From Marsupella aquatica (Eukaryota > Plantae > Marchantiophyta): 64,000 nucleotides of DNA. Below the pieces are notes generated by a model. The model saw only the letters and a list, made by a program, of their open reading frames with translations. It did not search any database and was not told where the DNA came from. The stretch is taken from positions 14,538,330-14,602,329 of the forward strand of contig OZ316898.1 in NCBI GenBank assembly GCA_973895155.1, read 5' to 3'. Positions 46,596 through 58,081 of the stretch are shown piece after piece (the stretch's first letter is position 1; each line of letters starts with the position of its first letter). A program made the position numbers and the translations under genes.

Positions 46596-47050
46596 TGTAT
46601 CACTGTCAAATTCAAACCAAATTGATTAAATTGAAATTGATGGGTCAAACAAGGGCAAGGCTCGTTCAATGGAATTGAATATCTATTCTGGTACAGTCTA
46701 ATTGCAAAGTGTCTAGCTATGGGTCAAATTTGTACGTAAATTGAAGAAATTGAAATTTGTACATAAATTGAAGAATTCAAAATTTATACGTAAATTGAGG
46801 AATTTGATTCACAACTATCAATGTTTCATGGAATTGAGAATTGTGGACATTGAAGAATGCTCAGCCGTCTATCAACTTGTTTGTTACGGTAAGAAATCCA
46901 ACAATAATAACAATGAAGGGGTTAATGCAAAGGCAGACCTGGAAAGAGAGCTTTGCAAGTGTTGAGAACTTTGCAATTGAAGATTAGGGCAGCATCAATG
47001 GTCCCCTCCCAAGAGTGGGACCATGTAGTGGTGGGCTAGAAGCAGTAAGC

Positions 47051-47140
47051 CTCTACATCTGAGATCTGTAGCTATGGAAGTACTTTGAGGTCACCTCTGC
47101 ATCTGAGATCTGTAGCTATGGAAGTACTTTGAGGTCACCT
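47051..47140 (+). repeat. 44-bp tandem duplication in the Harbinger right end
   Basis: catctgagatctgtagctatggaagtactttgaggtcacct occurs twice. Confidence 0.9.
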
Positions 47141-49003
47141 AAGTACTTCAGTCTATGGAGGTAGTGATCATATTGCTAATTAGTCTATGGAAGCAACGTT
47201 GGATTTTGGGGAAGAGAGGTGAGAAGGAAAAGAGGTGAGAGGAGGTGTTCCCCTGAAAAAATGACCCTAAAAGGTATCTTCTAACTCAAGTGGGAGGTTA
47301 ACTCTCTTAACTCACCTGCTTATTTACTTAACTCACTTCTTACAAGGGAACTTTAGGAGAGTTTAAGGAAACTCACTTAAAAGACCAAATAGGGACTCTG
47401 GCCCTGAGTTTGGCCCCTTTACATTAAGGATAACTTTAATCAGATCGTAATCTTTAGTAATTGTCACACACACAAGTGTGTCATGATTGACATGAGGGGA
47501 CCATGGTGGGACCATGGCCTGGAATCAAGGACAAATACTCCTTGATACTCCCCCTCCCTTTTCTCCTCGATCCCCTCCCTTTTGTACAGTTTCTTTGTGT
47601 TTCCAGTTTCCTGAGACTCCTTTTTGCTTTTGCTTTCTTCCCACTTTTATCTAGCCCTGCAAAGAAGCATGTATATACTATAGTATTTATATTTTGGACC
47701 TCTACCAAAATAGTAATAGTCTGGGGTCCATGTGAACCCTCAAAAGAATATTTCAAGTATATACTTCATGTGAACAGTGACTTCTCATTATGTTCACTAT
47801 GTTTTTATAATATTATAAAATGATAACCGGGGAATATATATCCTGGCTTCGCGAAACTTATGTCACTACGGTACTGGAAAGAGCGGGCAAAGCTGTAGAG
47901 TATATACACATACGCTGATCAAGGGCCAGGTACGAAAGCGATACACTGACGCAAAACAGACGAAACAATGCAGGAAATGGAGTTAATTACACGCAGAGCA
48001 GACGGCAGAGACGAGAGTCGAGCTCAGAGTACAGAGAGAGCCCAGAGCAGAGAGCGGCCGATGCCAGAGGACAGAGAGGAGTCAGACCAGACACGATCCA
48101 GAGAACAGAGTAGAGCTCAGAGAGAGCTCAGAGCAGAGCAATTCGAAAGACTCGGTTACTCGAGACGCTTGCGAAGAATTTGGACAGGGACAGAACCAGA
48201 ACAACAACAGGTTGGAGAGGAAACTGGAGCCGTTGTCAGAAAGACAGTACACAGTAGTACTGTACGCAAACATTGCACGAGCGCAGACAACAGAGTAGAG
48301 CTCCGAGACTCCGAGAGGGCTCAGAGAAGAGAGCAACCCACAAGACTCGACTAATTACTCGGGTTGCTCGCGAAGAATGTGGACAGAGAAAAAACTAGAA
48401 CAACAACAAAAGATAGGAGAGGAAAGTGAAGGTGTGGAAAGATAGACAGTAATTGTACTAGAGCATCTCCATCACCGGAGGAGTAGAAAGTCGTCTTCAT
48501 TGTTGGAGTTTCGGAGCTAGATCCGATCTTTGCTCGACGTGTGCAAGCGGGTAGCGCTGCAGGGTGCTAGTCGTTCCTGTGTTCGCAATTTGGCGTCTGA
48601 ATGCAAGAAGGGAAGGGAAGCAAAGGGAAGGGAAAGGAAGGGAAGCAGTGCTCGAGGGAGGAAGAAACTCAGATGTTGTGGAGGAGAAAGCTAGACAGAG
48701 ATTGCGTCTTCCCGGTTTTTCCAGCTGGATTTAGAGTGCAAAATATCTGTCGAGCTGCCGGGGGGATGGAAGGTGCTACTAGTATTTGAGATAACATCGT
48801 CGTGCGTTTTAGCGTTTGAAGGAGAAGGATGAGTCACATGCATTGGTTTGCACTCCGAGTTTGGATGGAGTTCCTTTGACCAGTGTAGCAGGATGCGTAT
48901 GCGGGGAATTCCGTAATAAGCAGTCGAGAGGTGGAGAGGAAAATGAGGTGATGCATGGACCTAGACGTTCCAACGCAGCTGCTGCTGTCAAAAGGGACAG
49001 GAG

Positions 49004-52000
49004 ATGTCGGTGAGCTCAAACATTTTCTGGTTTCATTCATACCTGAAAGTGCTGCGGTTTCTACAGTCGGACGGGAGAATATGGGAGCATGGAGGGGGGG
49101 ACGAGCATGAGCATCCTAGGAATAACTCCGGGGGGCTCAGATTTTACGGCATTTCGGCGTTTCGGACTGTTGCTGTCCACACGCTTGTTAGGTTGTCCTT
49201 CCCGTCTCTCATCCTGTCCTCGGCATCAGCAGCCGGGGTTCAGCTGTGCTCCATTCTACATTCTGCACGTTTTGGAACCTGGATGAAGCAGCTTCCAGCA
49301 AGACGAGGAAGGATTAGCAAGCAAGGAAACTCTCCCCCAAAGTCAGCAGCTGTCAAGCACGTCCTGTGTCTCAGCAATGGACATGGGGAAGATTCCATTG
49401 CTGTATCCGTTCTGGCTCAACTCATGGTTAGCTATCTTTTTTTCCTTTCCATCCCTCTACCATTGAACTTCCTTTCTCAGATACTACATGAACTAGTCCG
49501 TAAACAGAGAACTCAATTTCAGAAAGTAGAAAAAGTTTGGAATCTGTCAGTGCCAGAAGTAGCTATTAAAAAATGGTTTCCGACCAGAGTGTGGGGCCCG
49601 TGGCAGTAATGTTATGACAGGAGCTGCCCAAGAAGTGTAGTCTCTTGTTCGCCTCTTATCGTCCTCTCTATCATGATCAAGGCAGATAACACTGAATATT
49701 GAGAGTAACTATAAAAGCTGGTCTGTTACGTCACTCGCATTAAGAACATTGTTTCTGTAAAATTGACTTGGAAACTTCCATCCTTGAATCGCTAGGGAGT
49801 CCAGATATTTTCCAACTGTTGGTCCCTTGCAAAGTTGGGAGTAAAGGGTTTTTTCCAAAGTTGTGTTAGCTACGGTGGGAATCTTGTATGTCTTATAAAA
49901 CCTCAAGACAGGAGATGCCTTCGTTTCTGTGGTCAGCAAGGCATACGCAGTAGCTTTCCTCATATTTTACAAGTGAATATTGGGTGCACAGATAATGGGT
50001 CACAAGATAGAAATGTTTCTGTCGGTAGGCTTTATCACAGGGTTAACAGCCCTTCAAAAATTTGGATTTTGCAGTTGTTGCTCTCTAGCTTTATCGGACA
50101 TTGCAGTTGATTTGTTGAATTCCTAAAGTGGCCGTTTCGTGCAGGCCTTGGCTAACGAGAACAGTCAAGAACTTGTTGTCGAGGCCCTTCCGCTGGTTGG
50201 TTTAGGCAGTGCATATTCCCATGTAGGTATACCAATTTTGGGGCCATGCAAGAACATGCCAAGTGGAGGGTAATGACATCTGGATGTATCCTCAGTTTTT
50301 CATGTGATCGCTCAATCTTTCGTGTCTGATGTTATGTAAATATATCAATGGTCTATTATAAATTTTGCTGCCGCAGAGCTCGATTGTTCTTAGGAGTTTT
50401 CAGGGTTTATACTTGTCACCCTCCTTTGCAGGCATTAGAGGTTTACATTGTCCAAATTACTTTACATTATTTCACTTCTTGAAACAATAATAGAAGCATA
50501 AAATGCTAAGCTTTAACGTTCTGAATTGCTTTGACAGGTTTCTGTATATGGACATATTGAATCTGGTTGGGGATATGCGTGCAGGATTAGTGTCCCTCAC
50601 TCTTGGTCAGGTACATGAATCTTGTTTCAATTATTGTCCCGAGTGACAGCCCAAAGCAGTAGCATCAGTGCTCTTTTACTTCAGGGGATTATTATGTACC
50701 GTCCAACCATAGTTGTTGTCATTCTATTGTTACCTCCTATTGTGACGGTTTTGCGATGTACAATATGTGCTCCCGTTAATTACTACGTTGTGTGCAGTGG
50801 TGGACAATTTTACGTTGGATGGATGAGAACCCGGATGCCTTTGTCGTCGCCGTTGGAGATGTTTTCCCATTAACATTAGCTTGGCTTGCTTCGTTACATG
50901 CGCGAAGAAAGAGAAAGAAGAGAATTTCGTTTGGATATGCCTTCGTAGGGACTGCCAAGAGTGAATTTTATATTGAAGGAGAGGATGCATTGTCTTCAAA
51001 ACACGTCAAGCGATTCCATGGTGCGACTCTAGAAATGTACTGCTGGTGAAATAGAAGACGTCAGTTTCTTCTTTCATGGTCACAGAATTGGGTTATTGTT
51101 TTTGAGATTGATGCCCTGCTGTTATTGGATTAAATCTCTGAAGAGTCCTCATTTCCAGTTTTATGATGCATTATGTGGGAGAATGCAGATTTCCTAGCAG
51201 TTGCACCATTTTTTCCAGTTAGAAGTCTGTCTTGCTATGTTCAGTGTTCGAATCTGAACGGAGAAAATGAATGTTTGCAGTGGCGTCAGTGTTTTTCCGA
51301 GGAGGTGTGTATCTGCCCTGGGAGCGTTGGATGATGGCTGATAGCTATTGCAGGTGTGGCTCTAGCATTATTTGTTTATGTTTTCCAGCCACCTCACTTT
51401 AAGGGCAGTATTTCGAGTCAAAAGTTGTGGACTGAACTTGTGATTATTAACAGGCTCATCGCTCCGAGGGATGGCGTAACTGCGGAAATGCTAAAGAAGA
51501 ACCTACCCTCAATAGCACAGTCTAAGGTGCTTCTCCTCACCTCTTCTAGGGAGTTGAAGCAACATTTCTATCGCAGAATTAATTTACTTGCAATCACAAC
51601 AGCCCCTTTCTGTTCGAATAGCATAGGAACATGTTTCAAGGAGTATGAGACAGATGATGACGAGTGCTCTCTTCCAGGTCCAAAACTTGGGAAATCCAAT
51701 GATGTGTGGGCTGCGCCCGCACGGAACTCTGGAGTTTCTAAAAGACTATTCACCCAGGCGGTTCATAGCAGTCCTGCCAGGCTCAAGAGCACCAGAGGTA
51801 GTTGGAAGTCCCCTCCATGTATCTCATTATTTGTGGCTCCTCGTATACGTTCGCCAAGTGGGTAGGCCCACCTTAGCTCCACAGAAGCATGGGATGTTGC
51901 TTAACGGATGGATGGACAGATAATATCTTGGAAGGGATCGTGTTCCGAATTCCTTCAATTTTAGGCCGACTATGACTGAGTCAATCAACCGTTTACACTC

Positions 52001-53142
52001 GGACAGTCGTTTGTTCTTTCCCTGCTTCTTTTTGTTCCCCCTATTTTGAAATCTGCTCGAGTCTCTGGTGCTTTACACGCCTGATTTGTTATGGCTTTTC
52101 TCGGCGCATCGCCGTTGTGGACATATCCTATGAAGATGCCATGTCTTGTTGGTTTCAGGTGTATTCCAACTGGCGCATATTGTTGGAAGCTTCCGAATGG
52201 GTTACATCATTGCTGTCGCCATGTAAAGTGGTGTTCCTTACTCCAGTTGTCCCGTCGCTACAACCTGGTCATTTTTATGACCAGCTACTGAAAGCTGGCT
52301 GGCAACCTCAATGTTTGGATGGAAAGCCATTGTTGACCACAGATCATTCACAAGAGAAAGAATGCCATATGAAGCAAATGGAATTATGGCCTGCTGAAAC
52401 AGGTACTTCGATCCTGCGCTTCGGCAAAGCCAACGCCGTATTACTTCTTATTAGAGGTGGCTTCAGTGATGCTGGTCACTGGGCAGAGGCCGGAATCGCA
52501 ATGGCTGGGACAGGGACGGAGCAGCTGGTAGGTCCAGAAGACTTGCTACCTGCTGATGCAAATGGACGTTAAGAGAGGAACTGATATCTACAATAACAAT
52601 AGACGACATCAATCACAGTCATGTACTTAAAAATCTGCATCTCTTTCAGGTTGGGTTGGGAAAGCCAGTCTTCACGATTCCTGGACGGGGTCCGCAGTTC
52701 ACTTACGCTTTTGCCGAGGCACAGGCTCGACTGCTGGGCAAATCGGTATGTGCTTGCATCGTCCTGCATCCATAGATCATTTGATAGTACTCCGTCTTCA
52801 CTATTGAAGCCTCAAGGTAACAACCGCTATCTCTCAGTCAGACGTATCGAAATGTCCCCCTACAGAATCTTCGATTGATTCAGTCATGCGAGTTCTGGAA
52901 ACTTTTACTTCAGCTCTGTTAAGATTTTTGAAAAGTTTGGTCATCGGCAATGCGTAAACCGCGTCTTTGTGCAGATATTTCTTTCATCGGATTGCGAATC
53001 CCTCGCTACCAAGGTTCGAGAGGTGCTGTCCAACAAAGAAGTCCTCGCAGAGATAGCTGAGAACGGATTGAAGAGGATGGGAACTGCCGGAGGCGCACGA
53101 CGCATTGCAGAACATGTACTGACCTCTCTTACAGGTACTTGA
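49004..53142 (+). CDS. Lipid-A-disaccharide-synthase-related glycosyltransferase (cyanobacterial TIGR03492-like), about 10 exons, probable organelle-targeting N-terminus
   Basis: Spliced motifs LCLSNGHGED, ALPLVG.G.AY, MPSGGF, VVAVGDVFPL, FVGTAKSEFY, YLPWERW, PRDGVTA, LGNPMM, LPGSRAPE, IAMAGTGTEQLVGLGKP..TIPGRGPQFTYAFAEAQARLLG and NG.KRMG..G.ARRIA. Approximate exons: to 49426, 50145-50269, 50538-50610, 50798-51045, 51281-51352, 51454-51526, 51678-51797, 52159-52527, 52650-52745, 52975-53142. The start codon is uncertain. Confidence 0.85.
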
Positions 53143-56100
53143 GGAAACAAATGTGCATCAAGAAGAGCGGCTTTGCAGCCATCTGTGGATTTACCCGTGA
53201 TGGAGACTGACCGGACTGCGCAACCGCTCGATGGCCTCGGGCTCTAGCACCCGCACTGAAACCCATCTTTGAGACAATCACGATAGTCAGGAGCCTGGAT
53301 GCTCTGTAGGACTGCTCGAGACCTGTACGCTGCACAGGCGTAGTTAGAGGAACATCAACATAAAACAGGGGGGAAAAAATTCCATTTGTAGAGTTCTACA
53401 AGATTCTCTTAGAAACTAATCATTGATTCTTTTGATTTGTAGTGGGAAGTTTTTAACCATTATGATGGCACGATTTGCTCGTCATGTTGGCTTTTGGCAA
53501 TGAATGCATTCCACAATCCCTTCCTGGAGATTCGGATGGTAAGTTGCATAACGCGCTACATTTTTGCCTCCTGATATGGACCATGGATATAATCTCACGA
53601 GATGGAATAGAGAGGCGTTGTTAAATGACCTTGAAGCCGTCTGTTGAATTGCCTCAAATCAGGTCCGCTAAGGTGAGAGAAGGATCAAGTGTCCTGTTCA
53701 GGACCGAGACAAGGTCAGATTGGTGTCTCGAGCTGAGCTCTCGTTGGTTATTGCCATCTCCAATTTGGGTTTGTCCCTAGTGCCCACTCCTTGCGCTGGT
53801 CCAGGGAAAGACAGCTGCTCCATAGTTGGCCGAACAAACTGAAAGGATTTTATGAAGGCCAAATGTTGCATAAATTGTACTCCAGGATAGATTTTGTGTT
53901 TCGTATTGGTCACGTGCAACACTAGCTGCTTCACCCTCGTACTTAGCATCATGTCAACATCGAAAGGGAAAAGTCTCGGAGTCATCAAACGTTCACACCA
54001 ACTACGAAATGTTCGTCGTCCCGTATCCATGACCCTCTGGAGATGAGAGGCCCAGCTTGAGTTTCCTCTGCAAAGAGAATCACACAGTGCTACAGGATCG
54101 GTTTACAGGGCGGTATTCACTGTTGAGACGACCTCATTCTTCACTTTGTAACATACGAAGAAACATTTAATTGTCATCGAAAGGAAGGTTATGCTGCCGC
54201 CTAGTGACCTTGAAATTTGCCGTGCGATGAGGGACTCTGATGATGGAATGTATGACCAGCTGGGATCCTCGCTCGAGGAAAATAGCAAAGCTGGAAAGTA
54301 CTTCACACTGGGCTGCTTCCCATGTTGGCCCACTTGCTTTTGCATAAAGCATTTGAACTCTTCAAATTGAAAAAAGTAAAGAGAGCACTACAGAAGTCAA
54401 GGTCGACCCAGCATTTGTACCCTTCAAGTCAAAAAAACGCAAAAAGCATTGTCTACAGAAGTCATCATCGACCTGTCCTTTGCCAGTGTGGGGAGTTGGT
54501 ATCAACTACTTCTAGAAATCGACTCCCAAAACCAGACACACCAATGATTTTAAAAATAGTTGAAGCTTTTGTGTCACTATGGAATAAATCAATTCTAAGC
54601 CGTATGCGATGGGTTCACTGTCCCAACCTCTATACTCTTCGTACGAAAGTTAAGCATTTCTACACTAAATCCATGTTACCTTAGCAAATGCGTGCCCTGC
54701 ATACATCCCATACAAACGTTGGATTTGAGGGCAATAATAAGTGAAAGGCATGTTTACGTAGAATATTATCTTGCACTAAGCCATCAAATATGTTGTGACA
54801 CCAGCCATGCTCTGCACTAAAACTGCAAAGTCTTTGTGCTTGCACTTACAGCAAGTATCTGCACATAACAAACTACATAGAAGTGCATTTAATAGGGTAG
54901 TTGCTATGTATAAATGCAAGATTTGTTGAGCTTGCAGTTGTGGCAGAGTGCAAAAGCATGCATAGGTGCACAATAAGGTCATGTTCCAGAGTTCATGCAC
55001 TTATGCAAAGTAGACTATACAATAAGAAGTGTTGCTCACACTATCACACTACATAACTTAACACGAGTACACAAACAGATTATTTCATTTCATGCACTTA
55101 TTCCCATTTACATCAAATCGTAGCACAATTCAATTCAGGTAGAGAAAAAGAACAGGTAAATAAGACAATGAAATGCACCAATATAAAAATATGTACTGTC
55201 CAGAGCAACGACACTATAGAAACTGGAACACTTCTGCTCCTTCCAGATGGAGCCAGAACTCTTCTGTTTTGACTTGTGCAAAACTTAACTTGTTTGTCAC
55301 CATCCTATCAACTCAAGCCAAGTTGGGTGACAAGCCTTTTCCAAAATTCAGAGCCATTTGTTTTGGGACGGATCTAGATCATTTACAGAGCAGATGATGA
55401 AGGGACAGTCCAAGTTTAGATTGGGTAATTGGTAGGGATGGACCTTCAAATGCTTTTCAATTTGAGCTTCTCAATTCTACTATTTTTCTTTCGATGCACT
55501 GCTTATAGTTCTTCTACCACCCCTTCTTCACACACAGGTACAAGGAAATACTCAAAGTAAGGGGCCCAGGCTAATTTGAAAATGGGGCAAATGCAGCATG
55601 TGGCACCTTTTGAGACAGTTTGTTTTAAAATGCTATAATTAAATTCATCATGTGCGTCCCCCAACAAACAGGCCTCACGCTGAATGGACAGGGGAATGTG
55701 ATCACACAATGATTTAGTGAAACCAAGAGAATTGTTCAAATAAAGTTGAATGTACTGAGGGAGGCCCAGACTGAGGGAGGAACCTAGGTTCAATTTGCAA
55801 ATCTTCAAACAAAAGTCATTTCCTAAAATTAACATGCATAAAGTTCTCCACAACCCCATGGCCCCAACTCGTCCAAGGCAATAATTTAATGAAGAATCTA
55901 GTTTTTGTTTTCAATAAAGGGCAGCATGTGGAATGGTCTCAAAAATTCCCATTTTGAAATGGTAAGAGCTATGTCCCGGGACATGTGAGACTAGCAGCCT
56001 GTGAAGAGGGTGATCCTAATTAGATCAGAGCACCCGCTGTGACAGACTGGGTATTCATAAACTTAAACCAGTAGACACTATCAAAAGTTACTTCATGATA

Positions 56101-57167
56101 GCAATAGTGTTACTTTTCTATGTTACTAGGAACCCCCATAACACATCCACCAGCCTGGACTATTTGTCATGAACATGTTATGAAATGTTCATAACACAGG
56201 CCTCAATAATTTGGTCTTATAGGCACATAGGGACGACAAGTTCAGAGTATCTGTTCAAAGTTGTTTTAGGGTTTAGAGAGGATGGAAGTGGGATTGGGAC
56301 TGCAACCTCTGGCCAAACAAGCACTGTCTATAAGGCATACATCAAATACAAAGAGAAAGTGTCCAAAGTGGTCACATACCCTCCTCACCCACATGCATGG
56401 ATGCAGAGAAATTTTGTTAGTTGAAACAAACTGTGAAATTCCACCTCACTGAAAAAGTCTTCCCACTCTTGGCAAAAGAGCCACATTTTTGGTTGCTGTT
56501 TTGCCTGAATCCTATTGCTACATGCTCAAATCTAGGGAAATTTAACATTCTTAAACTAATCTACTGTACGAAAATTAGATATGGAATATGTAGGCATCTT
56601 CTCCTTCACACAAAGTGACATTCTCTGGTCTGGCAAAAAACCAAAAGAAAAAAAAACATCAAATCATGTACAGAACAAAGGTTAGCAGTGGGTAACCATT
56701 TCTAATCTGTGTTGTTATTGCCATAATCGTGTGCACAGAAATTTATAGGTGAATAACCTGTTTCCACATAAAACTTAAGCATCACAGCTGGTGTCTGTGT
56801 AGGTGTTCAAGACTATATCTCTGCTTTCAGGATGTTCAAAAACTCTTCTTGGCTGCCGCCAATCAGCTTGTGCTCACATTCTGTAGAGTTACTACAGAAT
56901 GTAATCATTGTAGAAGGCTACTTTTCAGGGACTCCGGTCTAGAGTGAGGTCTCTAGACTATGACTCTGGGGATTACTGAAGTTAGGGTGGAAAACGGAGA
57001 TTGAGATTGGGGTGAATCTCTGAAAACTGAGCAGCAGGCTTGAATGTCCTCACCTCCATTTATGTTCAAAGGATGAGTGCTCAGGCTAGAACTTGGAAAC
57101 TTGGAAACATGTGCACATGATATGAGAATAGCAACATGGACTAAAAATGATTACCCACAGGTAATTT

Positions 57168-57287
57168 TGCATATAGTAATGCCCTGGTAACAAGGCATTA
57201 TGACCACTTAGCCTCCCACAAATGAGTTGCATATAGTAATGCCTTGGTAGCAAGGCCTTATGGTTGCATAGCCTCCCAAAATTGAGG
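57168..57287. repeat. 60-bp tandem duplication, each unit with an internal hairpin
   Basis: tgcatatagtaatgccYtggtaRcaaggcWttatg...agcctccca at 57168 and 57228. Confidence 0.75.
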
Positions 57288-58081
57288 GCCGTAGCTCAAG
57301 TTTTGAGGGACTACTTTGCTCACATGATGCACTTTTGACAGGGTGTTAATACATTTAGAGGCCTTAGAGCTTTTTTCTTTTTACTATTCTCAGCAAAAAT
57401 AGAGGAGAAGTTTCATAATGCCACATACTCTTCAATTTTTGTCCGCATTCATCTTCATAACGCACCAAAAACTAGAAAGCTGCAGGGTACCCCACGGTCC
57501 CAAGGGGCTTATAGGATGTAATCCCGGAGTGAGTTACAGTCATGGCACCAAAGTGGCCACGAGCGTAGCCCTTGAGTGCATTATTGTTCTATTTTAGCCT
57601 AAAAATCATGCCTGAAATTAGATAACCCTTGAGGGGGGCTAGCCAAATGGGCAGATTTCTCATAATCCCAGGCGTGGCTGGCGGGGGGTTATTGTTCATA
57701 ACTACCCATAGAAATACAAAGCTAAATAACTATCCACAGAAATACAAAGCTAAAACTTGAGGAGGCGATTCCCGGAAAAATCACGAAGGTAAACGTTCCC
57801 CACAAAATTTACGAGGGCGAGCCAAGCGATGGATGCAGAGAGAGTGAGAGTGCGAGGGAATGAGAAAGAGCGCGAGCTGCCGAGGATCGATACATGCCTT
57901 CGGCTTGACTACGAGGAAGGGCGAGGAAGGGCGAGGAAGGGTGACCGAGGAAGGGAAAGGAAGAGGGCGCACTAGAGGCCAAAATAGGGGGCGTGAGAAG
58001 GGAGCCATTTGGCAAAATGGGGCGGGCTCCCTTTTGCCTCACTTCGTTCTTGAGGAGTGGGAGTGGAAATAAAGGAGGAGG

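Larger units (their letters stand above)
25622..47437. mobile_element. PIF/Harbinger (PHIS) DNA transposon, about 4.8 kb once the nested CACTA is removed
   Basis: TIRs AAAGTTATCC(GC/TT)AATGT at 25622-25638 and 47421-47437, with TSD AAT (25619-25621, 47438-47440). Contains a convergent Myb-like gene and DDE transposase. Confidence 0.85.

Noticed and set aside
49004-53142. Bacterial contamination
   Set aside because: The gene has many spliceosomal GT-AG introns and eukaryotic neighbours.
53698-58008. A minus-strand gene divergent from LSM12 (ORFs 53698-54030, 54103-54345, 57781-58008)
   Set aside because: No recognisable domain or consistent exon chain; it cannot be supported without transcripts.
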